Assembly (NCBI GenBank): GCA_030740155.1
Contig: JASLXV010000074.1
Coordinates: forward strand, 1-64,000
Reading direction: 5' to 3'
Origin: Dehalococcoidia bacterium
GTDB taxonomy: Bacteria; Chloroflexota; Dehalococcoidia; Lucifugimonadales; UBA3495
DNA: 64,000 bases
Part shown: positions 30,555 through 39,776 of the stretch, one piece after another
How the letters are laid out: each line of letters starts with the position of its first letter
Numbering within the stretch: the stretch's first letter is position 1
Program-made: the position numbers and the translations under genes
Notes under the pieces: model-generated
Seen by the model: the letters and a program-made list of their open reading frames with translations, nothing else
Database searches by the model: none
Told to the model about the DNA's origin: nothing

Positions 30555-30911
30555 TTAAACGCTGAAGGAGGTGCCGCACCCACAGGACTTCTTTGCGTTG
30601 GGGTTTTCGAACACGAAGCCCTTACCATTGAGGCCGTCGGAAAAGTCCAACTCGGTCCCCACCAGGTAGATGTAGCTCTTCTTGTCCACCATCACCTTGA
30701 CCCCATACTGCTCCACGACCTTGTCGGTGGGCAGCTCTTCGCCGGTGATCTTGAGGTCATAGGTCAACCCGGAGCAGCCGCCGCCCTTGACCGCCACGCG
30801 CAACCCCACATTCTCGTTTACGCCTTCCTTGGCGGCGAAGACCTTTATCTTGTCGGCGGCCTTTTCACTGATCTTTACACCCAGTTCAACGCCATTCTGC
30901 GTTATCGCCAT
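30555..30911 (-). CDS. iscA: A-type Fe-S cluster assembly protein (IscA/ErpA/HesB)
   Basis: GGGCSG, NPNAKKSCGCGTSF. Confidence 0.93.
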   Translation of the reverse strand: MAITQNGVELGVKISEKAADKIKVFAAKEGVNENVGLRVAVKGGGCSGLTYDLKITGEELPTDKVVEQYGVKVMVDKKSYIYLVGTELDFSDGLNGKGFVFENPNAKKSCGCGTSFSV

Positions 30912-30978
30912 AGAACCCTCCAGGGGTACGGACTAGGTTCCGCTGAAACCAAAAGCTTGGCACAAGGCCAACACTCTA

Positions 30979-31007
30979 ATTCTAGGGTGTGCCCGGTTTC
31001 GAGTCAA
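30979..31007 (-). promoter_or_regulatory. promoter of iscA
   Basis: Minus strand TTGACT-17bp-TAGAAT. Confidence 0.6.
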
Positions 31008-31162
31008 GCAATGGGGGTGGGGCGGTGACTGAGCAGCCCATTCCATCCACCATGGGGAGGGGGGAGCATCCGGATGAAGCGTGGTATTGGCCGAAGGGAC
31101 TGGCCAGCGGGACAGCAACCGGAAGGCGCACCTGCGTACCTGACGCCCACCCGCCAGGCGCC

Positions 31163-32194
31163 TCAGGCCGCGGCGGAGGTCAGCGCGTCCAGGTCCAGGT
31201 GTTCGCGCATGAGGTGGAGGAAGCGTCGGATCTTTTGCATGCTGTGGGTGTTGGCCTGTTGTGGGAGACCCCCCAGCGCCTCGGCGGTGTCCAGGGTGTT
31301 CCCTTCCACCAGAAGCAAGGGAACCTCCCGTTGGAGCGCCTCGGCCTTCACGTACTCCGTGGGCTCGGTGCCTCCGGTCAAGACCAGGCAGCGGGTGCCG
31401 GCCAGCATGCTGGCCATCTGAATATCCGGGCGACCGGCCCCGGTGATCACCGCTTGATTGGAGTACCGGCCGAAATAGGTCTGCCCCAGGTCCATGATGT
31501 TGCCGCCGATGAGGAACCGCTCGATCGATGCGTCGGTCTGGCTTGCTTCCTGCGCCCAACGGCCGCCCAGATAATCGGCGATCTGCTGGACCGTCACCGC
31601 CAGGATGGCGCGGTCTTCGGGCAAAGCGCCCAGGAACGGGACGCCGCCGGCCCGCGCCTCGGCCGCGAGGTTCTGGTTGATATCCCGGCCCCGGTATGCC
31701 GTGACCCCGTTGACCACGATGCCGGCCAGCCGGTCGCCGAAGGGCTGGCTGGCGGTCAGGATGGCGCCGGCATTCAGGTCTTCTGTGTACCGAAACAGCA
31801 GCAGCACCCGGGAGTCGACGAGTGAAGCCAGATCCAGGGGCAAGGGTGAGGCGCCGCCGCCGGTCCGCTCCAGGTCCGGGCTTTCCAATAAGACCAGGCC
31901 GGCCGCAGCCTCGAGCTGAGTCACGTCGCGCTTGATCTGGCCGGCCAAGGAGGGGTCCAACGCGGACCCGGGGAGCGAAGGTAGTTGTTGGGGAGTGGGG
32001 ACCGGTGGATCGTTGGGGCCGGACAGCAGCATTTCAGACACGAAGGACGCGTCGGGATCTCTGTCCGGTGAATCGGAGAGGGGTTTGCTGTAGCCGGTGC
32101 TCTGGCCGGTCTCGGACCGGTGAAGCAGCAGTGCCCCTGCCAGGCTGGTCTTTCCAGACCCGGGCTGGGCTCCGATAATTTGGATGACTGCCAA
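31163..32194 (-). CDS. phosphotransacetylase N-terminal-like protein (BioD-like P-loop plus DRTGG domain)
   Basis: PGSGKTS, GYSKP, ITGAGRPDIQ, LVLTGG. Confidence 0.85.
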   Translation of the reverse strand: MAVIQIIGAQPGSGKTSLAGALLLHRSETGQSTGYSKPLSDSPDRDPDASFVSEMLLSGPNDPPVPTPQQLPSLPGSALDPSLAGQIKRDVTQLEAAAGLVLLESPDLERTGGGASPLPLDLASLVDSRVLLLFRYTEDLNAGAILTASQPFGDRLAGIVVNGVTAYRGRDINQNLAAEARAGGVPFLGALPEDRAILAVTVQQIADYLGGRWAQEASQTDASIERFLIGGNIMDLGQTYFGRYSNQAVITGAGRPDIQMASMLAGTRCLVLTGGTEPTEYVKAEALQREVPLLLVEGNTLDTAEALGGLPQQANTHSMQKIRRFLHLMREHLDLDALTSAAA

Positions 32195-32297
32195 TTGGTC
32201 CCCCTAACGCTGTATGCCGGAAGGTACCGGGCCGCGGAGGTCCTTCAAGCCGGGGATTCTGTTTCCCTGGAACCCGGGCCCTGACACCCGGAGGACG

Positions 32298-32594
32298 CTA
32301 GCCGGCCGCCGTTGCCTCCTCGACTTCGTAGATCTTCTCGGCGATCACCATGTATATCTCGTTGACCTTGGTTAGATTGGGATATCCGCCGTCCTCCTTC
32401 CGGTCGAAAATCTTCTCGCCGTCTAGGTAGACCTCGAGTCGCCCGCTGCCACCGGGGGTGAGCCTTATGGCAATATCGCCAACCGCCTGCCGCCGCCAGA
32501 ACTCCATCGCCATCCACGTGGCGAGCGCGTGGTACCCTCACGGCACGCAGTAGACGATCTCAACCTCTACCTTTCCGTACTCGGCTCCCGCCAT
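32298..32594 (-). CDS. Rdx (SelW/SelT/SelH) family selenoprotein, 98 aa, CxxU
   Basis: GGAGG RBS, then MAGAEYGKVEVEIVYCVP-TGA(32538-32540)-GYHAL...GSGRLEVYLDGEKIFDRKEDGGYP; hairpin at 32507-32524. Confidence 0.88.
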
Positions 32595-32763
32595 GGTCCT
32601 CCTTCGCCGCTAAAACGCAAGCTGCCCACGATTCCCGAAGGCAGCTTGCGGAGCTTGGCGACTAGCGCCGCGGTCGAGCCGCGATAGGGAATCGACCCGG
32701 CGTTGGTCCCGTATATCGAAGAGCGCGCCTTCCGGGCTGGAGACCCGGGCCAGGCAAGGTAAA

Positions 32764-33186
32764 CTAGGGAACGATGGCCGTAGCGGCGCCCACCGCGGTC
32801 TTGTCCTGGTTCTGGTTCTCGCAGAAGACGTCCACGGTCACGATGGTGCCCTTCTCGACCTTCTCCTGGCGGCTGACCGTGCCGTGCACGGTGATGGTGT
32901 CGCCTTCCTTGACGGGGCGCAGGAACTTGAGGTTCAGGGTACCGGAGTGGTTGAAGACCTCTGCGCCGAAGAACTTGCGGAGGCTCTCGGAGGCGAAGGC
33001 CACCGACATCCGGCCCGACGCGATGGGGAAAGTCGTCCCCAGCTTCTGCATCGCCATCTCCGGGCTATTGTGGATGTTCTCCCGGTCCAAGATGCCGCAT
33101 GCTTCGAAAAGGTTGATCTTTTCCTGGGTGATACTCTTGGTTACCGAAGGAATCTCTTGGTTGACTTCTATTTTTCCGGTTGCCAT
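32764..33186 (-). CDS. MaoC family dehydratase
   Basis: NIHN, IASG, KFLRPVKEGDTIT. Confidence 0.85.
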   Translation of the reverse strand: MATGKIEVNQEIPSVTKSITQEKINLFEACGILDRENIHNSPEMAMQKLGTTFPIASGRMSVAFASESLRKFFGAEVFNHSGTLNLKFLRPVKEGDTITVHGTVSRQEKVEKGTIVTVDVFCENQNQDKTAVGAATAIVP

Positions 33187-33593
33187 TTCTTTCCCACCTC
33201 GTCAGGTTTTTTCATCTGGTACGTGCGAGTCTTTTCCAGCAGGCGCCCGTCCTCATCTGTTGCGCTCGCCTCGATAACCAGGTAGGGCTTGTCCCGCCGT
33301 GAGTATTTGTCGGCGATTCGGCTGGTGATCAGGATCTTCTTACCCGGAACGGGCGGGTTGAAGAACTCCACTTCGGTCCCCGCGTTGACGGCACCGGTCT
33401 TATCTGAGTAGGCCAGGGCGAAGGCGGTCGCGTCGTGCTTGACCGCAATAGTGGGGAAGAGGGCGTCGGGATCCTCGACCGATAGGCGGTAGTTATCCAG
33501 GGTCTCCTGGGTGAGGACGTAGTCGAAAGTCCCTAGCGCATCGCCAATTATCGCAGCATCGTAGTCGAACGCCTTTGGTTGCGAATCCGCCAT
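33168..33593 (-). CDS. hotdog-fold protein, partner of the MaoC dehydratase
   Basis: EFFNPPVPGK, DKYSRRDKPY, DEDGR; GGAGG RBS. Confidence 0.75.
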   Translation of the reverse strand: MADSQPKAFDYDAAIIGDALGTFDYVLTQETLDNYRLSVEDPDALFPTIAVKHDATAFALAYSDKTGAVNAGTEVEFFNPPVPGKKILITSRIADKYSRRDKPYLVIEASATDEDGRLLEKTRTYQMKKPDEVGKKWQPEK

Positions 33594-33803
33594 ACGCCGG
33601 CACCTCCCGTGGCCTGTGATCCTGGCGACCTGTGCCACCCACGTTTGTACCACATATTCTTGGCAGCAGTCAATCTGAGGTAAGCCTGTTAACCAAGGCC
33701 GGGCCGCTGCGCTTACTTCCTTGCCAAGGGCCAAACCTTTGGTCTATCATCCTAAATACTCAGGCAGAGTACCGGGGCGCCATAGGTAACTATCTCAAAA
33801 GGC

Positions 33804-33870
33804 GGTTCGACAAGCTCACCACGAACGGAGCCAGAGCGCTCATCCGTTCGTCCTGAGCCTGTCGAAGGAC
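33804..33870. repeat. REP-like palindrome family B (GGTTCGACAAGCTCACCACGAACGG...CCGTTCGTCCTGAGCCTGTCGAAGG)
   Basis: Inverted repeat; related copies near 39640, 48888 and 57347-57410. Confidence 0.8.
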
Positions 33871-33977
33871 CGCTGAAGTCAGCGCTCGGCGTTTTTGGAT
33901 AGTTACTAAACCCGGGCCGCGCTGTTGCGGGTCCAACGCATGGCGACACTTGGTCCCTCCAAAGGCTCGAGGAAGGA

Positions 33978-35417
33978 ATGGAGACCCAGCCGTTCATCGA
34001 ACAATTAGAGGCTATCGTCGGCGCCGGCAACGTGATATCCCATCCGGAGGACCTGCTGGTCTTCGAGTACGACGGCTCCGTCGACCGATCGGTCCCGTCG
34101 GCCGTGGTCTTCCCCAACTCAACGGAGGACGTGAGCCGGGTGATGGCCCTGGCCCACCGGAAAGGCGTTCCGGTGGTGGGCCGAGGGTCCGGTACCGGCC
34201 TCAGCGGGGGGGCTATCTCTCCTCCCGGGGGGATCCAGATCGCCTTCACCCGCATGAACCGGATACTCGAGGTCGACGAGGAAGACCGAACTGCAACAGT
34301 GGAACCGGGCGTGATCAACCTGGACCTGGACACCCGCGCTCACAAGCATGGCCTGCGGTACGCTCCCGATCCGTCCAGCCAGAAAGCCTGCAGCCTGGGC
34401 GGGAACATTGCCGAGAACGCCGGCGGACCCCACTGCCTGGCCTACGGCAGCACCACCAATCACGTACTGGGGATGGAAGTGGTGCTGGAGGACGGTGCCG
34501 TGGTCAACCTGGGATGCCTGGCCGGGTCGCCGCTCTACGAAGTCCCGGGCTACGACCTGCGGGGGGTGTTCATCGGCTCCGAGGGGACCTTCGGCGTGAC
34601 CACCAGAATTGTCCTCCGGCTGCTACCCCTTCCCGAAGCCGTGAAGACCTTCCTGGCCGTCTTTCCCGATGTGGAAACCGCGTGCAGCGCTGTTTCGGCG
34701 GTCATCGGGCACGGCATCGTCCCGGCGGCGCTGGAGATGATCGACGCCTTGACCATCAAGGCCGTGCAAAACGTCATGGATGCAGGCTATCCGGATGACG
34801 CCGGGGCTGTCCTGTTGATCGAGTTGGAGGGCCTGAAGGAAGAGGTTGGCGAGATCGGCGTCCAGGTGGAGGCGGCCCTGTGGGAGACCGGCGCTTCCCA
34901 GGTGAAGGTTGCCGAATCGGCCGAGGAACGGGAAAGCCTCTGGGTGGGCCGCAAGGGGGCCCTGGGCGCGCTGGGCAGTCTGGCCCCCAACTATTACCTG
35001 GTGGATGGAGTGGTCCCCCGCACCCAACTGTCCGGTGTGCTGCGCCAGGTGGCCAAGATTAGCGAGCAATACGGCATCCAGATCGCCAACGTGTTCCACG
35101 CCGGAGACGGCAATCTGCACCCGTGCCTGCTGTTCGACGAGCGGCAGCCGGGGGCGTTGCAGAACATCGTGGAGGCCGGAACCGACGCGCTCAAGGTGTG
35201 TGTTGACGCCGGCGGCACCCTCACCGGCGAGCACGGGGTGGGCCTGGAGAAGAAGGAGCAGATGCCCCTGGTGTTCTCCGAGGATGACATGGCGGCCATG
35301 CGGCTGGTGCGCGACGCATTCGCCCCGGCAAACGGCCTGAACCCGGGCAAGATCTTCCCCGGCGGGCCGCACCCTCAGCCTTCAGCACACCGGGCTGGAC
35401 CCGGCGTTTATATCTAG
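33978..35417 (+). CDS. glcD: glycolate oxidase FAD-linked subunit
   Basis: RGSGTGLSGG, PDPSSQ, NAGGPHCLAYG, HAGDGNLHP, GEHGVG. Confidence 0.9.
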   Translation: METQPFIEQLEAIVGAGNVISHPEDLLVFEYDGSVDRSVPSAVVFPNSTEDVSRVMALAHRKGVPVVGRGSGTGLSGGAISPPGGIQIAFTRMNRILEVDEEDRTATVEPGVINLDLDTRAHKHGLRYAPDPSSQKACSLGGNIAENAGGPHCLAYGSTTNHVLGMEVVLEDGAVVNLGCLAGSPLYEVPGYDLRGVFIGSEGTFGVTTRIVLRLLPLPEAVKTFLAVFPDVETACSAVSAVIGHGIVPAALEMIDALTIKAVQNVMDAGYPDDAGAVLLIELEGLKEEVGEIGVQVEAALWETGASQVKVAESAEERESLWVGRKGALGALGSLAPNYYLVDGVVPRTQLSGVLRQVAKISEQYGIQIANVFHAGDGNLHPCLLFDERQPGALQNIVEAGTDALKVCVDAGGTLTGEHGVGLEKKEQMPLVFSEDDMAAMRLVRDAFAPANGLNPGKIFPGGPHPQPSAHRAGPGVYI

Positions 35418-35472
35418 AGAAAACCACCTTACCCCCGTCCACGAAGACGGGCGTCCTGGAAATTGGGGTGAC

Positions 35473-36150
35473 ATGCCTTTTTGTCCAAACTGCGGAACCA
35501 GAACGGACACCACCGACAAATACTGCGGGACCTGCGGCAAAGGTCTCCGGGAAACAGTTGCCGGCACCGCTTACCCCTCCGTGGCGGTGGCGTCCAGGAC
35601 GTTGCCGTACGCGATCTCCGTGAGACGCGTCTTGATCATGTCGGCCCTCTCCTACGGGCTTTACCTGTTCTACTGGTTCTATTTGACCTGGAAGCAGTAC
35701 CGGGAACACACTCGTGCCGAGGCTTTCCCCGTGGGGCATGCGCTGGCGCTCATGGTCCCGATTTACAACCTGTTCCGCCTCCACGCACATATGCGGTCCT
35801 TCAAAGAGTTGATGCAAAACGCCGGCCTGGCCACGACCATCAACGCTGGGTGGGCCGTTATGCTGGTGCTGATATCCAACGCGTTGGGTGTCGTGGCATT
35901 CCGGCTCGCCGGTGGATTTTCGGGGGCCGAAGACCTAACCCTGAAGACAGCCGTTGCCATCGAGGCTCTCAATTTCATCTCGATAGCCGTGGTCGCCGGC
36001 GTGCTGATTCAGGTCCAGGGGAATCTAAACAGATACTGGAGCAATGTGGCGAACGCCCAGTTGGTCCACGCCAGAATAGGGGTTGGTGAGGTGGCTTTCG
36101 GATTGATCGGCGGGATATTCTGGTTGAATATATTGGCTGCCCTTGGCTAG
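35473..36150 (+). CDS. zinc-ribbon membrane protein (DUF4234-like)
   Basis: MPFCPNCG...KYCGTCG; GLYLFYWFY; several TM segments. Confidence 0.7.
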   Translation: MPFCPNCGTRTDTTDKYCGTCGKGLRETVAGTAYPSVAVASRTLPYAISVRRVLIMSALSYGLYLFYWFYLTWKQYREHTRAEAFPVGHALALMVPIYNLFRLHAHMRSFKELMQNAGLATTINAGWAVMLVLISNALGVVAFRLAGGFSGAEDLTLKTAVAIEALNFISIAVVAGVLIQVQGNLNRYWSNVANAQLVHARIGVGEVAFGLIGGIFWLNILAALG

Positions 36151-36219
36151 CGCCCTGAGCCCCGCGCCCGGAACGGGGACCGAGCCTCCGCGACCCATAC
36201 GCCCAACTCAGTTCAGGTG

Positions 36220-37590
36220 ATGCCATTGGCCGAATCGATTCAGGATCAGCTTGCCGGTTTTCTGAACGGCGACGCAATCGTCCCTCCGGATCAATTGGAC
36301 CGTTTTGCCCTTGACGGGTCCGTCCCCGGAGCGGTGGTCCGGCCGGCCAGCCGGCAGGCCGTCGCCGAGATATTGCGCTGGGCGTCCCGTGAGGTGGTAT
36401 CGGTCTTCCCCTGGGGTGGCGGGACCCAGGCGGCCCTGGGCAACGTGCCCAACCGGGTGGACCTGGTCTTGGACCTGAGCCGCTGCGCCCGCATTCTGGA
36501 CTATCAGCCAGCCGACCTCACCGCCACGGTGGAGGCTGGAGTCACCCTCCAGGGACTGCAGCAGGAGTTGGCGCAAGGCGGGGAGTTCTTGCCGGTGGAA
36601 GCTCCTCTGGCCGAAAGGGCGACCATCGGAGGTATCCTGGCCGGCAACGCCACCGGGCCCCTGCGGGCCAGCTACGGTTTACCCCGGGACTGGCTGATCG
36701 GCATCGGAGTGGTCAGCGCCGAGGGAGTGGAAACCAAGGCAGGGGGCAAGGTGGTGAAGAACGTCACCGGGTACGATTTGAACAAACTGTACGCCGGTTC
36801 CATGGGGACCCTGGCCGTCATCGTCGAGGCCACGTTCAAGCTTGCCCCGCTCCCGGCGGACGCGGGAACGTTGGTGGCTGCCTTCTCCTCCATGCCGGAA
36901 GGGATCGAGGCGGGACGGCGCCTGCTGCGGCAGACGGCCGCAGCCCAGGGAGTCCAGGTTGTCGAGAGCCAGGCGGGGCGCCGTCTCGGCAGCGATTCCG
37001 GCGCCTTGTTCCCGGAGAGCCTCACGTCCGGCGCCGCCGTGGCCCTCGCTTTCTTTTCCGGCCGCCCCTCGGCGGTGCAACGGAGGCTGGAGGAAGGGAC
37101 AGGGCTTCTGCGGGAGGCTGGGGCGAAGCAAGTAGCCAGGCTGGACCAAGAGGAGGGACGGTTGCTGCTGCGGCGGCTCGCCGACCTGGGCTGGAGCGTG
37201 GAATCTCGGCCCTACTTGGGAATCAAGCTAGGCGTGCCCCCGACGGCGGTCGCCCAGGTGGCAGGCAGCTGCCGCGAGGATTCGTCCCTGGGATTTCCAC
37301 CGGGGGTGGTTGCCGACCCGGGCTTCGGCACCGTGCGCCTGTACTGGTGGGCCGATTCGATCAGCAACTGGATCGATGAGTCCCTGGTTCTCGGCGCCAT
37401 CGCCCGGATACGGGAGCTGGCCCGTAACGCGGGCGGCACCGCGGTGGTGGAGCATTGCCCGCTGCCGCTCAAGAAGAGGATCGACATCTGGGGTGACCCG
37501 CCCCCGGGAATGGAACTCATGCGGCAGGTCAAACAGAGGTTCGACCCCCTGGGAATACTCAATCCGGGCCGGTTCGCGGGGAAGATTTAG
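36220..37590 (+). CDS. glcE: glycolate oxidase FAD-binding subunit
   Basis: ATIGG, AGGKVVKNVTGYDL, FDPLGILNPGR. Confidence 0.9.
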   Translation: MPLAESIQDQLAGFLNGDAIVPPDQLDRFALDGSVPGAVVRPASRQAVAEILRWASREVVSVFPWGGGTQAALGNVPNRVDLVLDLSRCARILDYQPADLTATVEAGVTLQGLQQELAQGGEFLPVEAPLAERATIGGILAGNATGPLRASYGLPRDWLIGIGVVSAEGVETKAGGKVVKNVTGYDLNKLYAGSMGTLAVIVEATFKLAPLPADAGTLVAAFSSMPEGIEAGRRLLRQTAAAQGVQVVESQAGRRLGSDSGALFPESLTSGAAVALAFFSGRPSAVQRRLEEGTGLLREAGAKQVARLDQEEGRLLLRRLADLGWSVESRPYLGIKLGVPPTAVAQVAGSCREDSSLGFPPGVVADPGFGTVRLYWWADSISNWIDESLVLGAIARIRELARNAGGTAVVEHCPLPLKKRIDIWGDPPPGMELMRQVKQRFDPLGILNPGRFAGKI

Positions 37591-38915
37591 TGGAGCGGAA
37601 GGTTCAGCAAGGATTTCAGGGTCCCGACGTTCCGGCCGAGTCCGACATGTACCGTTGTGTCCACTGCGGGCTGTGCCTCAGCGCCTGCCCTACCTATACG
37701 GTGCTGGGGCTGGAGACCGAATCGCCACGAGGCCGCATCGCCCTGATGAAAGCGGTGAACGAAGGGCGGCTGGGCATAAGCGAGAGGGTGGTATCCCACT
37801 GGGAGATGTGCCTCCAGTGCCGGGCCTGCGAGGCCGTCTGCCCCTCCGGCGTCCCCTACGGTCGGATTATGGAGAAGACCCGCGCCCAGGTGTTGGCCCA
37901 CGGGAAGCAGTCCGACCAGCTTAAAAGGGTGAGCCGCCTATTCCTGCGGGCCGTGTTGCCCCATTCGGTGCGGCTACTCTGGGGCGCCCGCCTCCTCCAG
38001 TTCTACCAGCGATCGGCGCTGCAAAATCTGGTGCGTGGCTCTCGCTTCCTGAGCCTGTTCCCTGGGCATATCATGGACCTCGAAGCCCAATTGCCGGCGC
38101 TTGAGGGTCCGTTTTTCGGTCCTACAGCCCGGATGTACCAGGCGCGGGGCCAACCCGCCGGCAGTTCCAAGAAGCTCACGGTCGGCCTGCTCTCCGGCTG
38201 CGCCATGCCGCTGGTACAGGGAAGCACCATGGAGGCGACGGTACGGGTGCTTACCCGCAACGGATGCGACGTGGCGGTGCCCGTGGGACAGGGGTGTTGC
38301 GGCGCCCTCAACTCCCACAGCGGGGACCTGGAAAACGGCCGCCGCCTGGCCCGGCGCAACATCGACGTTTTCCTGGCGGCAGGTGTGGACCGGATTGTGG
38401 TGTCCTCGGCCGGTTGCGGGGCGGCGATGAAGCAGTACCACGAGCTGCTGGCCGATGACCCCGGCTATGCGGAGAAGGCCCAACGGTTTAGCCGGTTGAC
38501 CGTGGACATCACCGAACTGCTGGTGGCTCTGCCCTTCGACCCCCCCAGCGCGGCGCTGCACCGGAAGGTGACCTACCAGGACCCTTGCCACCTGGCCCAC
38601 GCGCAGCGGATAGCGGCCGCGCCCCGGCAAATCTTGAAGTCCATCCCCGGCCTCGAGCTGGTGGAGATGGAACAGGCCGCCATGTGTTGTGGCGGAGCGG
38701 GAATCTACTCGGCGGTCCAGCAGGAGATGGCGGAGAGGATATTGGCCAGGAAGATGGAGACGATCGCCGCTACCGGAGCGGAGCAGGTGGTCACGGCCAA
38801 CCCCGGCTGCATGATGCAGCTGCAACGAGGGCTCCACATGAAGGGAGATTCAGGCAAGGTGCAACACGTGGTGGACCTTCTGGACGAAGCTTATCGGGCC
38901 GAGGAAACCGGGTAA
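37590..38915 (+). CDS. glcF: glycolate oxidase Fe-S subunit
   Basis: CVHCGLCLSACPT, CLQCRACEAVCP, two CCG domains, ANPGC. Confidence 0.92.
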   Translation: MERKVQQGFQGPDVPAESDMYRCVHCGLCLSACPTYTVLGLETESPRGRIALMKAVNEGRLGISERVVSHWEMCLQCRACEAVCPSGVPYGRIMEKTRAQVLAHGKQSDQLKRVSRLFLRAVLPHSVRLLWGARLLQFYQRSALQNLVRGSRFLSLFPGHIMDLEAQLPALEGPFFGPTARMYQARGQPAGSSKKLTVGLLSGCAMPLVQGSTMEATVRVLTRNGCDVAVPVGQGCCGALNSHSGDLENGRRLARRNIDVFLAAGVDRIVVSSAGCGAAMKQYHELLADDPGYAEKAQRFSRLTVDITELLVALPFDPPSAALHRKVTYQDPCHLAHAQRIAAAPRQILKSIPGLELVEMEQAAMCCGGAGIYSAVQQEMAERILARKMETIAATGAEQVVTANPGCMMQLQRGLHMKGDSGKVQHVVDLLDEAYRAEETG

Positions 38916-38998
38916 GCCGGAGCCAACCGGAACCCAGTCCGCGGCGGGCCAGACCGCCCGGAAAAGCCTAGGACTCAGTCGATCCGGCTGTTAAGAAA

Positions 38999-39072
38999 TG
39001 TCATTCTGAAGCGAAGCGACGAATCTCGTTGATGTGCTGAGATTCTTCGTCGCTCCGCTCCTTAGAATGACA
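38999..39072. repeat. REP-like palindrome family C (TGTCATTCTGAAGCGAAGCGACGAATCTC...GAGATTCTTCGTCGCTCCGCTCCTTAGAATGACA)
   Basis: Imperfect inverted repeat. Confidence 0.75.
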
Positions 39073-39340
39073 TCTTCTGTAAACTGAGTTGGCCGGGAAC
39101 GAGTGTCTCGCCGATGGCCCGGTAGCCGCTCCGTCACCCTGGCGAAGGCCTGGACCCAGCCGGCACATCCCTGGATTCCGGCCTTCGCCGGAAAGACGAG
39201 AGTGGAGAGGGACCGCCCGGGACACTCCCGCACCCGGTATGGGAAATCGCCGTTGGATGATCCGTGCGCTCTGAGCTTCTCGAAGGGCTCCGCCTCAAAT
39301 CCGACGTTCCGGGTTGTCATGCCCCGGTGGAGCGCCACCG

Positions 39341-39620
39341 TCATTCCGAGGAGCGAAGGGACGAGGAATCTGGAGCGGGGTTCCTCCCTGGCAGCTTGGC
39401 CCCACCACCCCAGACCCCTCGCTTCGCTCGGGGTGACTTTTGTCAGAGTGCTTCCGAGGCAGGACCTTCGACAGGGGTTTTCCTCAAGACGCTCATTCCG
39501 AGGAGAGAAGCGACGAGGAATCCGGAGCGGGGTTTCTCCCTGGCAGCCTGGCGCCATCACCCCAGACCCCTCGCTTCACGCGGGGTGACTTTTGTCAGAG
39601 TGCTTCTGAGGCAGGACCTT
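39341..39620. repeat. two ~128-bp direct repeats (39341-39468, 39493-39620) built on family-C palindromes
   Basis: Near-identical units TCATTCCGAGGAG...GAGGCAGGACCTT, period 152 bp. Confidence 0.85.
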
Positions 39621-39776
39621 GCTGAAGGGCGCGGGACGGTGGTTCGACGAGCTCACCACGAACGGTATTCGTAGCGCCGAATACGCGAACCGCGGGTGAC
39701 GCCGATTGCATCAACGGGATTGGGCGTGCCGACGTTTCGGATGAACGTTCCAGCTTGCGGATCGTCGGCCCGAGGG

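Noticed and set aside
39341..39620. CRISPR array
   Set aside because: Only two ~128-bp palindromic units, no short repeat-spacer pattern, no cas genes
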